Assembly: GCF_009914755.1 (NCBI RefSeq)
Contig: NC_060925.1
Strand: one strand, 5' to 3'
DNA: 64,000 bases
Source of the DNA: the human T2T-CHM13v2.0 reference genome, Homo sapiens
The position numbers and the translations under genes were made by a program. Below the pieces are notes generated by a model, which saw nothing but the letters and a program-made list of their open reading frames with translations, made no database searches and was not told the origin of the DNA. This document shows positions 59,281-64,000 of this stretch, piece by piece. Every line of letters starts with the position of its first letter. The stretch's first letter is position 1.

Positions 59281-61317
59281 CCATAAAGCCTCATTCTGGA
59301 CCTGGGGTCTTAAAAATCCCTAATGATATATGAATTGTGTGTATATTACTTTTGGTGTTTGATTTCTCAGTTGTAATTAAGAGGATATATAATATTATTA
59401 TTTTCCTTTAATTATTATTATTTTAGCAACTTCAAAGAAAAAAATCTCAAAATAATGTCTCAAATAATATCAGCATTCCTTGAAACATGGTGACATTTGT
59501 TTTTCCACCTCCCGTTAAAATAACCTATTCTAGTTTCTCCAAGTGTATATATCATAATACTTTTTGGCAAACCATAAAAAAAATTATTAACAAATCAGAT
59601 ACTAATTCAGACTTGAGGTATGCAAAATAATTTAAAACTGAGAAATGTTACAAGTTTCTAAATATTGTCTTCCAGCATATTTTTTTTTCTGCAGATAAGA
59701 TAATGAATGTTTCAATGAATTTCAAGGTGATAGGCAGAGAAATTCAGTGTTAAGGATCATAATAGACCCCAGATACCTGCTTCCAATCTGTATGTTCCAA
59801 AAACTGGATTTCTCTGGTTTCCAACATGCCTTGATAAAAATTGAATTCTTTTACAAAATATCAATTGCTCCAAAATTTGAGATAATCCCATTCAATTATT
59901 CTGACAACATTTGAAACTAAATACTTAATGGCTAAATGAGAATAAATTGTATATAAAGTATAATTTTTAATTCCTTCTTTTTGGTATATTTTCATATATG
60001 TCTTCATTTTAGTGGCATTTCAGAGATTTTCTTATCAAATCTTGTTAATAATTTTTGAATATTCAATGTGTTTATTTTGATGCTTTATGTGCCCCACATA
60101 TCATAATGCATTTTCCTAAGATTTCTAAGAGGTAGTTACTATACTATAGCATCCTCACTTTCTAGATGGTGAATAACACAGAGAGATTGAGAAATTTGTC
60201 TGAGACTATGTAGCTAAAACTAAGAAAATGCTGTTCCCTTGGTTATGCAAACGGCTGGCTAATTCTCAATTCTCATCTTGATGTCTCTGTTCAAATGTCA
60301 CTTACTTCAAAAGACATGTCCTGATCATTCTATCTACAGTAGAGTCCTACAATCTACTCCATAGAAATTATCATAATCTGTAATTATACTATTCACTTTT
60401 CCTTGACTTGCCTATTTTCTATCTTGTCAGATTGCAAGATTCATGAAAAGAAGAAACTTCCTGTCTTTTGCTATGTCATGACTGCCCATCATATAATAAG
60501 AGGCTCATTGAATATTTTATAAATGAATGAATAAATATTCCATTTTAGTCTCATTTGGAATAAGTCCTTAATATACTTAGTCAATTAAAACAAATTGTGT
60601 CCTTATTTGAAAAAAAAATCCATAGGTTTTTGGGGAACATGTGGTATTTGGTTACATGAGTAAGTTCTTTAGTGGTGATTTGTGAGATTTTGGTGCACCC
60701 ATCACTCGAGCAGTATACAACTGCACTCTATTTGTAGTCTTTTACCCCTCACACCCTTCCCACCCTTTCCTCTGAGTCCCCCAAGTCCATTATGTCATTC
60801 TTACGCCTTTTCTTCTTCATAGCTTAGCTCCCACTTATGAGTGAGAACACATGATGTTTGGTTTTCCATTCCAGATTTACTTCACTTAGAATAATAGTCT
60901 CCAATTTCATCCAGGTCACTGTGAATGCCATTAATTAATTCCTTTTTATGGCTGATTAGTATGCCATCGTATATATGCATATATATATGTCTCTCTCACA
61001 GTTTGTTCATCTACTCATTGATTGATGGACATTTGGGTTGGTTCCATATTTTTGCAATTGCAAATTGGGCTGCTGTAAACAAGCATGGGAATCTTTTTCA
61101 TATGATGACTTCTTTTCCTCTGGGTAAATACCCAGCAGTGGAATTGCTGGATCGAAGTTAGTTCTACTTTTATTTCTTTAAGGAATATTCACACTGTTTT
61201 CCATAGCGGCTGTATTAGTTTACATACCCACCAGCAGTGTAGAAGTGTCCCCTGTTCACTGCATCCATGCCAACATCTATGTTGTTGTTTTGTTGTGTTT
61301 TGTTTTTGTTTTTTTCT

Positions 61318-63566
<2,249 letters not shown>

Positions 63567-64000
63567 TTTTTGTTTTTTCATTATGGTCGTTCTTGCAGGA
63601 GTAAGGTGACATCACATGTTGGTTTTTATTTGCATTTCCCTGATCATTAGTGATGTTGAGCATTTTTTCCTAAGTTTGTTGGCCATTTGTATATTCTTTT
63701 GAGAATTGTCTATTCATTTTCATAGCCCACTTTTTGATGGAATTGATTGTTTTCTTCTTACTGATTTGTTTGAGTTCATTGTAGATTCTGGAAATTAGTT
63801 ATTTGTCAAGTGTATAGATTGTGAAGATTTTCTCCCACTCCGTGGGTTGTCTGTTTACTCTGCCAACTGTTCCTTTTGCTGTGGAAAATCTCTATAGTTT
63901 AATTAAGTCCCACCTGTTTATCTTTGTTTTTATTGCATTTGCTTTTGTGTTCTTGGTCATGAAATCCTTGCCTAAGCCAATGTCTAAAAGGGTTTTTCAA

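Overview
AT-rich, repeat-dense human genomic DNA containing the 5' end of COL11A1 (collagen XI alpha-1; known locus 1p21) on the minus strand. The TATA-less, GC-box/CCAAT CpG-island promoter lies near 37.4-37.6 kb. Coding exons 1-4 are at 37055-36950, 11859-11692, 7763-7550 and 3672-3510. All junctions are GT-AG, and the exons splice into one open frame encoding the signal peptide and most of the TSPN/laminin-G-like N-propeptide domain. The gene continues off the left edge. The rest is intronic or upstream sequence with Alu, L1, L2, MIR, Tigger2, MER6, hAT and ERVL/MaLR fossils. I found no convincing novel biological system. The best second-look items are a lone 3-codon uORF, an unexplained ~250-bp direct duplication in intron 1, two candidate retro-inserted mRNA-end fragments, a young AluYa5 with a 10-bp deletion nested in L1 within ERVL, and two L1s with twin-priming-type inversions. 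Repeat subfamily names come from recalled consensus sequences, and repeat boundaries are approximate.
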